Source: Nannocystales bacterium (GTDB lineage Bacteria; Myxococcota_A; Polyangia; Nannocystales; Nannocystaceae). From it: DNA of 64,000 nt. The translations under genes were made by a program, and so were the position numbers. The notes beneath the pieces were generated by a model that worked only from the letters and a program-made list of their open reading frames with translations, ran no database searches and was not told the origin of the DNA. Below are positions 49,019 to 58,720 of this stretch, piece after piece; position 1 is the stretch's first letter; every line of letters begins with the position of its first letter. The stretch lies in contig JBOEGF010000010.1 of NCBI GenBank assembly GCA_050633305.1, forward strand, positions 832,001 to 896,000, in the 5' to 3' direction.

Positions 49019-51084
49019 GGAGTGGTCCCCGGGAAGTGGATCTGGTGCTTTTCGAAGTCGAGCACGAAGCGTGAGCGACCCAGGACACCCAGCCCGATCA
49101 TGCCGTCGAGACGGAATCCGTCGGAGGACTGCGTCTGCTGGAAGTAGCCCCACGCCGATGCGAGGTCCTCGGTGGACATGGCATCGCCGAGCGTGAACGA
49201 CTTGATGAGCGCCATGGGTGCTTCTCCGGCTTGGAGTGGCGGCGTGGGGACAGCTGCGTGCTTGTAGGCTTGCCCGTTGGCGGTCATGTCCGCCCCGCGC
49301 ATGCCCGTGTTCACGAGGTAGACGCCCTCGGACTCGTTCATCGCACCCATCACGTAGATGTAGTGCGTCTCGTGCATCCAAAACGGCACGGTGGGTCCGG
49401 ACAGCAGTGCCTTGCGCTCTGCCTTGCACTTTCGTGCGCCGGAGGCCAACTCGAGCGTGCCCTTGGGGACGTCGAGTGCAACGGCGAACTCGGTAAGCAT
49501 GCCGACGCCGAGCACGGCGCTGACCCGGTCGGACTCGTCTCCCGCCATGTCGGCGATGGCTTCGTCGTTGAAGACGTTCGCCGGAACGTTCTTCAAGGTG
49601 AGGCCACCCACGGCAACCGATGGCAGCTGGCCATGTCCGACGGGCGGCATGCCTTGGGCGATCTGAGAGCTGGCGGAGATCTCCATGCCCAGTTCGTCGG
49701 CGAGCGATCGCGTGACGATGAGGTCAGCGGCGCCGGTATCGAAGATCGCGCCGACGGTTTTGTCACCGATCTTGATGTCGACCGTGGCGAGCGGCTTCTG
49801 CGTGGCCAGTGGTATCTCCAGCTTGCACGCGTTGCCTTCGATCGAGGCTTCGAGCGGCGTCCCGACGAAGGCCTTGTAGCGCCCCGCAAGCTCGGTGTTG
49901 CCACCGGCTGCGAGGTCGACCGCGAACTTGTCGTACTTGCGCTGACGCAGGTGTACCCAGCCGTACTCGCGCGCGAGGACCTCTCCACGAACGTTGGCTT
50001 TCTTCGCCTGCTTGAGGAACTTCTCGGCGCGAGCGTAGTTCCCCGACAGGACGGCCCGTCGTGCCGTGAGCAGCAGTGCTTCGGGCTCTTTGGCGTCGAG
50101 CGCCAGGGCCTTGGCGAGCGCACGGTCTACGTCTTCGAAGTGCGCGGCGACGTACGCCACGCGGGCGAAGTCCATCCAAGCCGAGAGCTCTTTCGGGTTG
50201 CCTTCTGCGTTGGCACGCGCGGCGGCCAACTGGGCGAGCACGGCGTCGGGCTCGGCCTTGGGTGGCGGCATCTCGGGCAACGCGAACTTGGTCGGGTCGA
50301 TCGGATCGTGGCTGACCCGCTGCACCGCGAAATCGATGCGCTGGGTTCGGCCGCTGAACTTGTTGACGACCCGGATCATGTGGGGAACCTGGACGCCGTC
50401 GATTTCCCGGTAGTCCTCGTAGACAACCACTTGAGTGGTGCCCGTCGACTCGTCGCCGCTGGTCTCTTCCCGACGCAGCCCGGTCTCCCGATCGAACCAC
50501 AGCTGTTTCTCGATCGTGGTGTCCTTGACGCGCCAGGCCAACCCGTCGAGCTGTCGGGCGTTGCCATCCGAGTCTTCTTTACGGCTGGCGATGAGCTCGG
50601 TTTCGACGCCGCGGGGGAGCACGTCGAGGTACCAATGAAGCACCGCTTCCTCGCGGTTGAGCTTCATCTCGTCATCGCTGTCGATGCGGAGCGTCTCGGG
50701 GGCGAGGAACGCCCATCCTGTCTTGCCGTCGAAGCCGCGCTCTTCGAGTGCATCGCCGATCACATTGCGTCGGTAGAGGCGACCATCGGCGGTGCTCTGG
50801 TAGAAGTACGAACCCGTCTCTTCCTCGGAGTTTGCACAGAATGGATCGTCGGGTTGCTCGCAGCCTTCGCCCGGGTACAGGACCATGCGCGCCTCGAGGG
50901 TGCGCGCCTGCAAGGACCGAAGTGCCTTCTCGCCGCCGAGCGCCTCGACGTGCCGCGACAACAGCTCCGCCGCGGTCGTGGGGGCCACGGGGGACGCGCC
51001 CGGTTCCTTGGGGAACTCCTCGGGGACTTTCAGGCACCCGGCGTTGGCAACGCCGAGCAGGAGGACGAGAGCAGCTGCACGCAT
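49015..51084 (-). CDS. Lipoprotein with LolA-like N-domain, TPR segment and tandem retropepsin-like aspartyl protease domains
   Basis: VANAG-C lipobox; HVEALGG..AL, FDGKTGW, YEDYREIDGVQVP; IFDTGA..., VLGVG, LVNTG, DGMIGLGVL. Confidence 0.8.
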   Translation of the reverse strand: MRAAALVLLLGVANAGCLKVPEEFPKEPGASPVAPTTAAELLSRHVEALGGEKALRSLQARTLEARMVLYPGEGCEQPDDPFCANSEEETGSYFYQSTADGRLYRRNVIGDALEERGFDGKTGWAFLAPETLRIDSDDEMKLNREEAVLHWYLDVLPRGVETELIASRKEDSDGNARQLDGLAWRVKDTTIEKQLWFDRETGLRREETSGDESTGTTQVVVYEDYREIDGVQVPHMIRVVNKFSGRTQRIDFAVQRVSHDPIDPTKFALPEMPPPKAEPDAVLAQLAAARANAEGNPKELSAWMDFARVAYVAAHFEDVDRALAKALALDAKEPEALLLTARRAVLSGNYARAEKFLKQAKKANVRGEVLAREYGWVHLRQRKYDKFAVDLAAGGNTELAGRYKAFVGTPLEASIEGNACKLEIPLATQKPLATVDIKIGDKTVGAIFDTGAADLIVTRSLADELGMEISASSQIAQGMPPVGHGQLPSVAVGGLTLKNVPANVFNDEAIADMAGDESDRVSAVLGVGMLTEFAVALDVPKGTLELASGARKCKAERKALLSGPTVPFWMHETHYIYVMGAMNESEGVYLVNTGMRGADMTANGQAYKHAAVPTPPLQAGEAPMALIKSFTLGDAMSTEDLASAWGYFQQTQSSDGFRLDGMIGLGVLGRSRFVLDFEKHQIHFPGTTP

Positions 51085-51242
51085 GACGATCTCCGCTGGA
51101 GGCTGGCCTGAGCGCCTTCTGCCGTCAAGGAGCGGACCACGAGGCGTAACTGGGTGAAAGATTGGCCGTATTCCTCCGTTGAGAGGGCAGCGCGCAAATG
51201 CCGTTGTTACGCTTCCAGACCTTGGGTTCCCCGAAAAGAGCC

Positions 51243-52121
51243 ATGATTCCGGCGGTGCTGGGCCTTCTGGCCTCGGCATGTGCCGGCATGGGGGGTCCGG
51301 TGGTGGAGCGTCACGAGCCGCTCTCGGCCGTTGCCCCGTACGAGCTGGCCGACCAGGTCGCGGCTCGGGCGGGAGAAGAGTGCGGGGAGACACTTCGCGA
51401 ACAGCTGTTGTCGGGGCGAGCTGAGCCGGGCGACTGCAACGCGGTGGAGTCGAGTGCGGCCCGGATGACCATCCTTCACAACGGCGTGAAGTTCGGGGTC
51501 GTCGAGCACCGAGACGTGGAGCTCGACCGGGTCCGGCTGCGGCTGGGCGAGGCTGGGCTGTGCAAGGGATGGCCGCTCCCGATCGATGACGATGCAGGCG
51601 TCGTGCTTCACGGCCGGGATGCCGACCGTGCGGGTTGTTTGGTCCGGCCCTATCGCGGAGCGCTGGTGCTCACCGCGATCGCAGCTAATGGGGTGCGACA
51701 CCAAGCAGCGATGCTGGACGTGGACAAGAACGGCGAGGTCGTCTTCGAGTTTGCGGCGGTCGACGCGTCCCTGCGAAGAGCGGTTGGCCAAGGGCTCGAC
51801 GCCTACGCGTGGTTGGAGTTGGGCGAGACCGCGTGGGCCGGCACGATCAACCTCGAACGCATGCGAGGCTTTCTCGCCGACTGGCACTTCGTGTGGGTCG
51901 CTCGAGGGCGTGGCTCGGCGGCGCTGTTCGCAGAGCGACACGCTGAGCACGCGCACGGGCCCGACGCCCAAGAAATGGCACTCCAGGCGCGGCTCGACCG
52001 ACAGCGAGAGGACTTCGACGCCGTGTCGGAGGGCACCTTGACCGCCTCAGCGTTCCTCGAGCGTCATGTGTGGTCGCCGTTCCGGCATGCGGTCGAAGAA
52101 CTCAGCGTCACTGCGGAGTAG
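51243..52121 (+). CDS. Hypothetical lipoprotein
   Basis: MIPAVLGLLASA-C lipobox. Confidence 0.7.
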   Translation: MIPAVLGLLASACAGMGGPVVERHEPLSAVAPYELADQVAARAGEECGETLREQLLSGRAEPGDCNAVESSAARMTILHNGVKFGVVEHRDVELDRVRLRLGEAGLCKGWPLPIDDDAGVVLHGRDADRAGCLVRPYRGALVLTAIAANGVRHQAAMLDVDKNGEVVFEFAAVDASLRRAVGQGLDAYAWLELGETAWAGTINLERMRGFLADWHFVWVARGRGSAALFAERHAEHAHGPDAQEMALQARLDRQREDFDAVSEGTLTASAFLERHVWSPFRHAVEELSVTAE

Positions 52122-52914
52122 GCGGAGGCGTTCCACGGCCGCCGCGACCGGCTTGCTGGCGCCGCGCGTTGACCTTGGCTGGATCGAAGTCGCGGAGGAT
52201 TCGGTTCTCGTCGGTCCAGATGCCCGGCATCATCGGAGGCGCGGGTCCGAGGGCGGAGTAGTCGACGGGCTCAGTGGGGGCTTCGGGGAAGTAGCCGACG
52301 TAGTCGATGTACGCACGACTCCCGTACATGCGAAAACGGAACATGAGCTTGTCGGGTCCGGACTCGTAGAAGGCCCACACAGGCTCGGCGCCCGACCGAA
52401 TCCGCTCTTGGAGACCCATCACAAACGAGGTGGGGTTTTTGTACGTGGTCATCTCGTCCATTCGGCTTGCCGCTGCATGGGCGCCGTCGAAGAATTCGAG
52501 CAGGTTGTCTCCCTCGAAGATGGGACGTTCGTGGGGACGCCTTGGATCGGGGCGACCGAATGTGGCTCCGGGGGCCAGGGTGTATTGGAGTTCATCGACC
52601 GCGCCGCGCGAGAGCGAGGTGAGGAACGAGGCGACGATGCGCTTGCTCTGGAAGGGGAGTTGCCAAGCCGTGGCCTCGGCCCCAAGCCGTTCGCCGGCTG
52701 GAACGCTGAGCTTCCCGCCGGCGAGATCTCGTGCCCGATAGTGCTGGAGCAGAGTGCGCGATTGGCCGTCCTCCCCGGGGTCTACCGGAGCGCGGGAGGG
52801 AGCCACGGCTTCACGCGGCGCGGTCTCCGTCCCCGCGGCCTGTGGGGCGTCGCAGCCAGAAGCAAGCAAAGCGCCGCAGAGGGAGAGCCACAGGCGGGTC
52901 GAAAACGCAGCCAT
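52108..52914 (-). CDS. Hypothetical lipoprotein
   Basis: ALLASG-C lipobox; globular body. Confidence 0.7.
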   Translation of the reverse strand: MAAFSTRLWLSLCGALLASGCDAPQAAGTETAPREAVAPSRAPVDPGEDGQSRTLLQHYRARDLAGGKLSVPAGERLGAEATAWQLPFQSKRIVASFLTSLSRGAVDELQYTLAPGATFGRPDPRRPHERPIFEGDNLLEFFDGAHAAASRMDEMTTYKNPTSFVMGLQERIRSGAEPVWAFYESGPDKLMFRFRMYGSRAYIDYVGYFPEAPTEPVDYSALGPAPPMMPGIWTDENRILRDFDPAKVNARRQQAGRGGRGTPPPTPQ

Positions 52915-53006
52915 GCTTGAGACTTAGACTTCCTGGCGCCGTCGGGCAAGCCGCTCGACATCCCCGGGGTTGCGGGCTGTGGCCGATCTGGCACGATTCG
53001 GCCCCC

Positions 53007-54437
53007 ATGTCGGAATCCAAGGACCGGTCTGACGCTTCCAAGGCGAAGACCTTCGACGAGGCTTGGGAATCTCTTCCTGAGCCGCCCAGTGGGTCCGGGG
53101 GTGGCACGAAGGCGTGGACCGAGGAGGTTCGCGGGGCTCGAAAGCACGACGGCGACGCGTCGGAGATCGAAGAACCAGCCCCAGAGCGGACCGACCGGAC
53201 ACGAGCGTGGACCGAAGACGTTCGTGGGGCTCGAAAGCAAGATGCGTCCCGGGGCGCGGCCTCGAAGCAGGATGAGATGGACCGCCTCATGCGTGCCGAG
53301 CCGGAGAGGACGGCTCCGCCGAGCGACGACGTCGAGCCGTCCGCGAGCACCTCGACCATGTCGTTCGATGCGCTCGACCTGCCCGAGCGTGCGAAGCCGG
53401 ATGAGTCGTTGATGGACGCGCTGATGGGATCGGATGCATCCGGTTCGCGCGGGGAGACGCCGACTCCCGAGTCTGAGTCTGAGTCTGAGTCTGAGTCTGA
53501 GTGCGAATCTGAGTCTGAGTCGGACGCAGCGCCCGAGGACGAGTCCGAGTCCGAGGCACTCGAGGAGCAGGCAGCGTCTCGGGGAGACGACGCGGGGGGG
53601 GGGTCCGACGAGGCCGACGAGGCCGACGACAGTGAGCCGGAGGATGAGCTTCCGCCACCGATCGTGTTGCACCCGGACCGCGGATCGTCCGAGCCAGAGG
53701 TCCTGCCCACCGCGCCCCGCAAGAAGAAGAAGCACGCCAAGAAGAAGGGGAAGAAGCTGTTTCCGCTCCTGGTGGGAGGCACGGTCGCGGCAGGTTTGGC
53801 GCTGTGGCTCGGGCGGGAGCCCGATCCCAAGCCGGGATCCGGAGGGGACAACACGACCACCGACCTCGATGCCAAGTCTCTGGGGCCACCAACCCCGGAC
53901 CTCCCGAGCGCGCCTCCGGAGACGACGCCCGACGTCGGCGTGCCGGAGGCAGTTCTCGCCCCCGAGCGGAAGCCACCTCCGGCTCCCGATCCCAACCGCG
54001 ACCCTCGCGAGCCTCCGGAGGGGGCTTCGGCCGAGGCCGCAGCTGCATTCAAAAGACTGCCGGTCAGTCCCGCCGACCGGGCCCCCGTGGGAGGGGTTGG
54101 GAAGACGGGCATCCATGTGGACGATGTTTCGATGGGCAGTGTCTACGAGCGCAGCCGCTGCTCGGGCGGAGACGGGTCGTTCTCCGTCGCGCAAGGTGAC
54201 CTGGTCAACGTGTGCCTCCGTGTTGTGCACCAGCGCCAAAAAGAGGAGCTGTCCGTCGTCTGGCAAAAGATCGGCGGCAACGCTCGACGCGGCAAGATCG
54301 TCGTCAAGCCGATGCACGCGTATCGGACGCGGGCGTACCTCAAGCTTCGCAGTGAGTACGTCGGGGACTGGGAGGTGAAGGTGTTCTCGCAAGACGGCGC
54401 CCAGCTCGCTCGTTACCCGTTCTCGATCGTCCCATAG
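53007..54437 (+). CDS. Single-pass membrane protein with acidic disordered N-terminus and DUF2914-like C-terminal domain
   Basis: Lys cluster then TM; C-terminal YRTRAY...GDWEVKV...G..LA..F pattern. Confidence 0.75.
   Translation: MSESKDRSDASKAKTFDEAWESLPEPPSGSGGGTKAWTEEVRGARKHDGDASEIEEPAPERTDRTRAWTEDVRGARKQDASRGAASKQDEMDRLMRAEPERTAPPSDDVEPSASTSTMSFDALDLPERAKPDESLMDALMGSDASGSRGETPTPESESESESESECESESESDAAPEDESESEALEEQAASRGDDAGGGSDEADEADDSEPEDELPPPIVLHPDRGSSEPEVLPTAPRKKKKHAKKKGKKLFPLLVGGTVAAGLALWLGREPDPKPGSGGDNTTTDLDAKSLGPPTPDLPSAPPETTPDVGVPEAVLAPERKPPPAPDPNRDPREPPEGASAEAAAAFKRLPVSPADRAPVGGVGKTGIHVDDVSMGSVYERSRCSGGDGSFSVAQGDLVNVCLRVVHQRQKEELSVVWQKIGGNARRGKIVVKPMHAYRTRAYLKLRSEYVGDWEVKVFSQDGAQLARYPFSIVP
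53469..53522 (+). repeat. In-frame hexamer microsatellite (GAGTCT)-based, 9 units (3 degenerate)
   Basis: Directly visible; encodes [18 protein letters not shown]. Confidence 0.9.
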
Positions 54438-54513
54438 GCGCGGTGGCCGGGGGTCGAGGGCCGACCGTGTCTTTTTCGGGAACGCATGGAGGGCGGCGGC
54501 AACGACCCCTGCA

Positions 54514-55422
54514 ATGAGACCCTATCCATTCGTTCTTTCGCTTGCCTTCGGTGCCTCGTTCCTGTTCAGCAACACGGCGCAGGCGGAGTACTGCGGGAGC
54601 GTGTCCCTTCCGCTCGAAGGCGCCCAAGAGGTGATCATCGGAGAGTTTGCGACGGTGGCCACTCACCCACTCTTTCCCGATGCACTCATTCCGAGCGGAG
54701 ACGTCGGGGTGTGCTGGCGCGACGAAACCCACGGATGGACGTTGGAGAGGGCGAACTGCGATACCACGACACCCAGCGCCGACCTGCTGTTCCTGCAGAC
54801 CCACGCTGGTGACGACACGGTCACGACGTTGCTTGTGGACCAGACGTACGACGTCGGCGGGCTCGAGTGGATTGCGGGCGCGCCGAGTCGTCAAGGCACG
54901 CCGCATGCGATGTACTGCGGCTCGGACGAATTCGCGTTGGCGCCGTGGAACCCCGACTTCGCGTTTGGAGTGGAGGCGGTCCTCGGGACCGGGACCGATC
55001 GTTTCTTCGGCACCCCCGGCGACGACATCGCCTACAGCAACCAGCTCTTCACGACGGAGGTGCGGATCCCGGCTCCGTGGGGCCCGCTGACCACGGTTCA
55101 GACTGCCCCTGGAGACAACGCCTCCGACGTGTTGTGTGGAGGCTACGGCGCGGACGAGTTGTATGGTGATGCGGATGACAGCTTGTCGGCCGAGGAGGTT
55201 CTCGACGGAGGCTACGGCGACGACTTCTGTGACGGGGATCCCCTCAATTGGGGCTCGACCCCCGGCGGTTCCATCTTTGACGTCGCTCGGCACGTGAGCT
55301 CGGGCGACTACGGCTGCAACACGATCGAGCGAGCGACAACTCCCGCGATCTATCCCTCGACGTGGAGCATGGTCCACGAGTGCTGGGCGCTCGACAACCC
55401 CGTAGACTACTTCGGACTGTAG
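54514..55422 (+). CDS. Secreted protein with RTX/hemolysin-type calcium-binding repeats
   Basis: Signal peptide ending AQA; GTGTDRFFG, LCGGYGADELYG, LDGGYGDDFCDG. Confidence 0.75.
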   Translation: MRPYPFVLSLAFGASFLFSNTAQAEYCGSVSLPLEGAQEVIIGEFATVATHPLFPDALIPSGDVGVCWRDETHGWTLERANCDTTTPSADLLFLQTHAGDDTVTTLLVDQTYDVGGLEWIAGAPSRQGTPHAMYCGSDEFALAPWNPDFAFGVEAVLGTGTDRFFGTPGDDIAYSNQLFTTEVRIPAPWGPLTTVQTAPGDNASDVLCGGYGADELYGDADDSLSAEEVLDGGYGDDFCDGDPLNWGSTPGGSIFDVARHVSSGDYGCNTIERATTPAIYPSTWSMVHECWALDNPVDYFGL

Positions 55423-55509
55423 CTTCGAGCGGACACGGGGCGTCGGATACTCATCAAGCGTCACAACCGGAGGCGCGGCGTGGGTTGTCGCCGGCCGGAT
55501 CTCGTTCTT

Positions 55510-55926
55510 CTAGAAAACGACGAGGGCTGCGCGTACGACGAGCGACAGCAAGACGAAGCTCGACGCCGCGAACAGCAGGAATCGGATCTCGATCTTGTTG
55601 ACGAGCGATTGCAGCAAGCTGTGGACGACACGGAGGCCGACGTAGGCCCACGCCAGCCCCGTGTTGACTCCCTCTCCATGCCCCGCGACGGCCAACACGA
55701 GCGCGATCGCGTAGAAGAGCGTGGGCATCTCCATGAGGTGGTTGTAGTTGTCCGCCTTCCATCGCACTTCGGGCGGAAGCGATGCCATTTGCTCGCCCCG
55801 CGGGATCCGGGGATCCGACTTCATTTTGGCGCGATGCATCGCGGGCAGCCGGGTGGCGTACATCCACAGCCACATCACGAAGGTCCACGCGACCAGGGCG
55901 ACGACCGGAGCGAGAATGGAGCTCAT
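55510..55926 (-). CDS. MAPEG family membrane protein
   Basis: WMYATRLPAM, ADNYNHLMEMPTLFY, AWAYVGLRVVHS. Confidence 0.85.
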   Translation of the reverse strand: MSSILAPVVALVAWTFVMWLWMYATRLPAMHRAKMKSDPRIPRGEQMASLPPEVRWKADNYNHLMEMPTLFYAIALVLAVAGHGEGVNTGLAWAYVGLRVVHSLLQSLVNKIEIRFLLFAASSFVLLSLVVRAALVVF

Positions 55927-55969
55927 CGGGGGCAACGGTACGCTGGGGTCGGCGCCGGGTTCAATGCGC

Positions 55970-56611
55970 TCAGCTCCACCGGCCGGAAAGTCGCATGTGC
56001 GTCGCGGAGGCGTCGGCAACCTCGACCGTCGCGTTCCGAGCTCCGCACAGATCGAGGAGGGCTCGGAAGCCCGCCGTCAGGGCGATCCGTGTCGGCTCGC
56101 CCCACAGGTTCGGTGGGTGCTCCATGGACAGCTCGGCCGAACCTGGTCGGTTCTCGGAGACCTCCAGAGTGGTCCCGCGGTGGAGCGCCCCCCAACGTAG
56201 GGCTGCGGTGCGGAGCAGAAGATTGGGGGACGCCAGCTTCACGACCGCTCGGTACAGCGGGCTGTCGAACAAGCGGCGCTGTCGCAGGTAGCAGGAACGC
56301 TCGAACTCCTCGTGCGAGCCGAAGCACACGTCAAAGTGTGCGGTGAGCAAGGCGAGGGAGTGCGCTTCGGGGACCCACGCGCTCACCGGGTCCGGCTGCA
56401 GGACCATGCGTTTGAGCTGAGGCGGCAGCGTCTCGGCCGCGGTCCGTGGAATCGGTCTCATCTCGAGTGTCGACCGATACAGCGAGGCTTTCACGAGACA
56501 CTCCGGGTGGCTCTCGAGTCCCTTCGGCAGCCGAGCGATGTAGGCCGCCGTGGCTGGGAAAAGCGCCTCCACCACAGCAGCATATCGCGGGGCGAGCACT
56601 CGGGGGTTCAT
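55970..56611 (-). CDS. Hypothetical protein (myxobacterial DUF2378-like)
   Basis: YIARLP.GL.S.P.C.VK.S, SAWVPE, SPLYR, RW..LHRGT pattern. Confidence 0.65.
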   Translation of the reverse strand: MNPRVLAPRYAAVVEALFPATAAYIARLPKGLESHPECLVKASLYRSTLEMRPIPRTAAETLPPQLKRMVLQPDPVSAWVPEAHSLALLTAHFDVCFGSHEEFERSCYLRQRRLFDSPLYRAVVKLASPNLLLRTAALRWGALHRGTTLEVSENRPGSAELSMEHPPNLWGEPTRIALTAGFRALLDLCGARNATVEVADASATHMRLSGRWS

Positions 56612-56739
56612 GGCATCGCGTTCGGGTCGGGGTGGTGGTGGACCGATGTTCCGGCGCTCGCCCAGACGGGGGGCGATTGCGGGGCGGGAGCACGCGGGCT
56701 ATGGGGACTGGGGGCGGTGGTGATGGGGCGAGTTCAGTG

Positions 56740-57594
56740 ATGGAGAGGCCGCATGGGGGCATTGTCGTCGGTCAGATTCCGGGGATGAAGATGAAGGCGG
56801 GGACCGATCCCGCACATGCCGTCTCGCACACGGACCATGTGATCTTCGTGGTCGAGCGAGGGGCACGGCAGCTGGAGCTGGGTGGCCTCACGGTGCGTGC
56901 TAGCGCGGGGTCGATCCTACTCCTCCCCGCGGGCGTGCCGCATCGGCCGCTTGGCAGCAGCGATGTGGAGGCTTGGTGCGTCGCCTTCTGTGCGTCGTGT
57001 CTTCAGCTTGGCGAGGAGCAGCTGCTGATGAGCGCGTTTCGTCGGATCCGAGGCGGCGCTCTGCCGCTGGCGGTGCCGGACGAGGCTCGACGTCCTCATC
57101 CGGCTCGGCTGTGTCGAGAACTCTACGAGGAGAACGAACGCGGGGCGCCTGAATCCAGGGAGCTGGCGCGCAGTTTGCTGCTGCTGCTGCTCGGCGAGGT
57201 GCATCGCGCCATGCCGGGTCCGGAGTACGCGGCCCAGCAGGACTCCCTCGTCAGCGATGCGCTCGAGTTCATTCGCCGCGAGTGCTTGACGCCAATCTCC
57301 CTCAAGGATGTCGCGGCTGCGGTTCACAAGTCTGCGGCGCACCTCACCACGACGGTGAAGGCGGAGACGGGACACACCGTCGGGGAGTGGATCCGGGCGG
57401 GACGGCTCTCGGAGGCGTGCAATCGTCTCGCCCACACCGACGACTCGGTCGAAGAAGTCTCAGCCGCCGTGGGCTGGAAGGATGCGACACAGCTCATCCG
57501 TCAGTTCCGGCGGGCCTACGGGGTGACACCCGCGGCGTGGCGGCGGGACATCGCCGCCGCACACATCAAGCCCCCGGGCTCGGGGAGGCGGTGA
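56740..57594 (+). CDS. AraC-family transcriptional regulator
   Basis: Cupin N-domain; ISLKDVAAAV..S..HL, R..EA...L..TD.SVEEVS..VGW.D....RQFRR.YG.TP..WR. Confidence 0.9.
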   Translation: MERPHGGIVVGQIPGMKMKAGTDPAHAVSHTDHVIFVVERGARQLELGGLTVRASAGSILLLPAGVPHRPLGSSDVEAWCVAFCASCLQLGEEQLLMSAFRRIRGGALPLAVPDEARRPHPARLCRELYEENERGAPESRELARSLLLLLLGEVHRAMPGPEYAAQQDSLVSDALEFIRRECLTPISLKDVAAAVHKSAAHLTTTVKAETGHTVGEWIRAGRLSEACNRLAHTDDSVEEVSAAVGWKDATQLIRQFRRAYGVTPAAWRRDIAAAHIKPPGSGRR

Positions 57595-57595
57595 A

Positions 57596-58549
57596 CTACG
57601 AGGCGGACTTGCGGTTCGCCATCGCCACGTCGCGCATGACGGCGCTGCCGCATGCGGCCCCCTGCGCCACCGCTGCGGTCAGGCCCCCAAACTGGCTCCG
57701 CGCATCGCCGACGACGTACAGGTTGTCGATCGGCGTTTGGCCTTGTTCGCCGACGTCGAGCACGGTCCAACCTGCCGGGTTGCGGGTCGTTGGGATGCCG
57801 AGCTGGCTCGCGAACGGAGTCGCGGGCACCGAGAAGGTCTCGGCGATGAACGCCACGTCCCGCTCGATGACCCGGCCGTCGCTCAACGCAAGTGCGGTGA
57901 GCTGGCCGCGCTTGTTGGAGACCACCTTGGAGACGGGTGTGTCGACGAGCGTGGCCCCATTGGCCTCCAAACGACGGCGGGTGTCTTCGTCGAGGTCTCC
58001 GGGATTGATGAACGCGGTCACGTCCGAAGAGCACAGCTGTTGGACCATCGCGACGTAGTGCTCGATCACGGGTGCGGCAATCCCTCGGACGAAGGCGGCG
58101 ACGCGCTCTCCACGATGTTCGAACCCGTCGCAGAAAGGGCACGGATAGGCCGAGCGCCCGTAGACATCCTGAATCCCAGGCAGGTTTAGGCGGGTGAGCT
58201 CGTCGCGATAGCCGGTCGCGAGGATGACCCGCTCGGCGCGCCAACCCAGTCCGTCGGCGTCGTGAAGCAGGAATCCTGGCGGGGTGGGGTCGACTGTCGC
58301 GACGCGGCCGACCCGGTATTCGACCGACCCATACTTCTCGAGCTGCTTCTTTGCGATGGCGAGAAGTTCGAGTGGATGCTCGCCGTCCCGGGTCAGGAGC
58401 CCGTGTGCGGCGGCGGTCACCGCGTTGCGGGGAGTCTCTGCGTTGATCACGACCGTGGTGATCGACGCTCGGGCCGCGACCAGTGCCGCGGCCATTCCGG
58501 CGGGGCCGCCTCCGATGATCGCAAGTTGGACGTCGCGTGTTCCGTTCAT
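57596..58549 (-). CDS. NAD(P)/FAD-dependent oxidoreductase, thioredoxin-reductase-like
   Basis: IIGGGPAG, ILATG, CPFCDG, LYVVGD. Confidence 0.88.
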   Translation of the reverse strand: MNGTRDVQLAIIGGGPAGMAAALVAARASITTVVINAETPRNAVTAAAHGLLTRDGEHPLELLAIAKKQLEKYGSVEYRVGRVATVDPTPPGFLLHDADGLGWRAERVILATGYRDELTRLNLPGIQDVYGRSAYPCPFCDGFEHRGERVAAFVRGIAAPVIEHYVAMVQQLCSSDVTAFINPGDLDEDTRRRLEANGATLVDTPVSKVVSNKRGQLTALALSDGRVIERDVAFIAETFSVPATPFASQLGIPTTRNPAGWTVLDVGEQGQTPIDNLYVVGDARSQFGGLTAAVAQGAACGSAVMRDVAMANRKSAS

Positions 58550-58720
58550 TGTTGTTCCTGTCTCGGGCTCACGTAGGCAAGCAGCCCGACTCCAAAAGAA
58601 GATAGGAACCAGCGCCAGGTGGGGCTAGAGCACCATTTTGGGAACAATCGGCTTTTTTTTCGGTTTCGCCTCCCCAGGGAAGACCCCGGGGGGAGGGGCA
58701 AGCGGTTGCGAACCTCGAGG

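Noticed and set aside
52989..53003. Sigma54 promoter TGGCACG upstream of the DUF2914-like gene
   Set aside because: No TTGC -12 element at the required spacing, and too close to the start codon
58652..58700. Hairpin plus T8 as terminator of the SNF2 gene
   Set aside because: The T-run is on the plus strand upstream of the stem, the wrong orientation for a minus-strand intrinsic terminator
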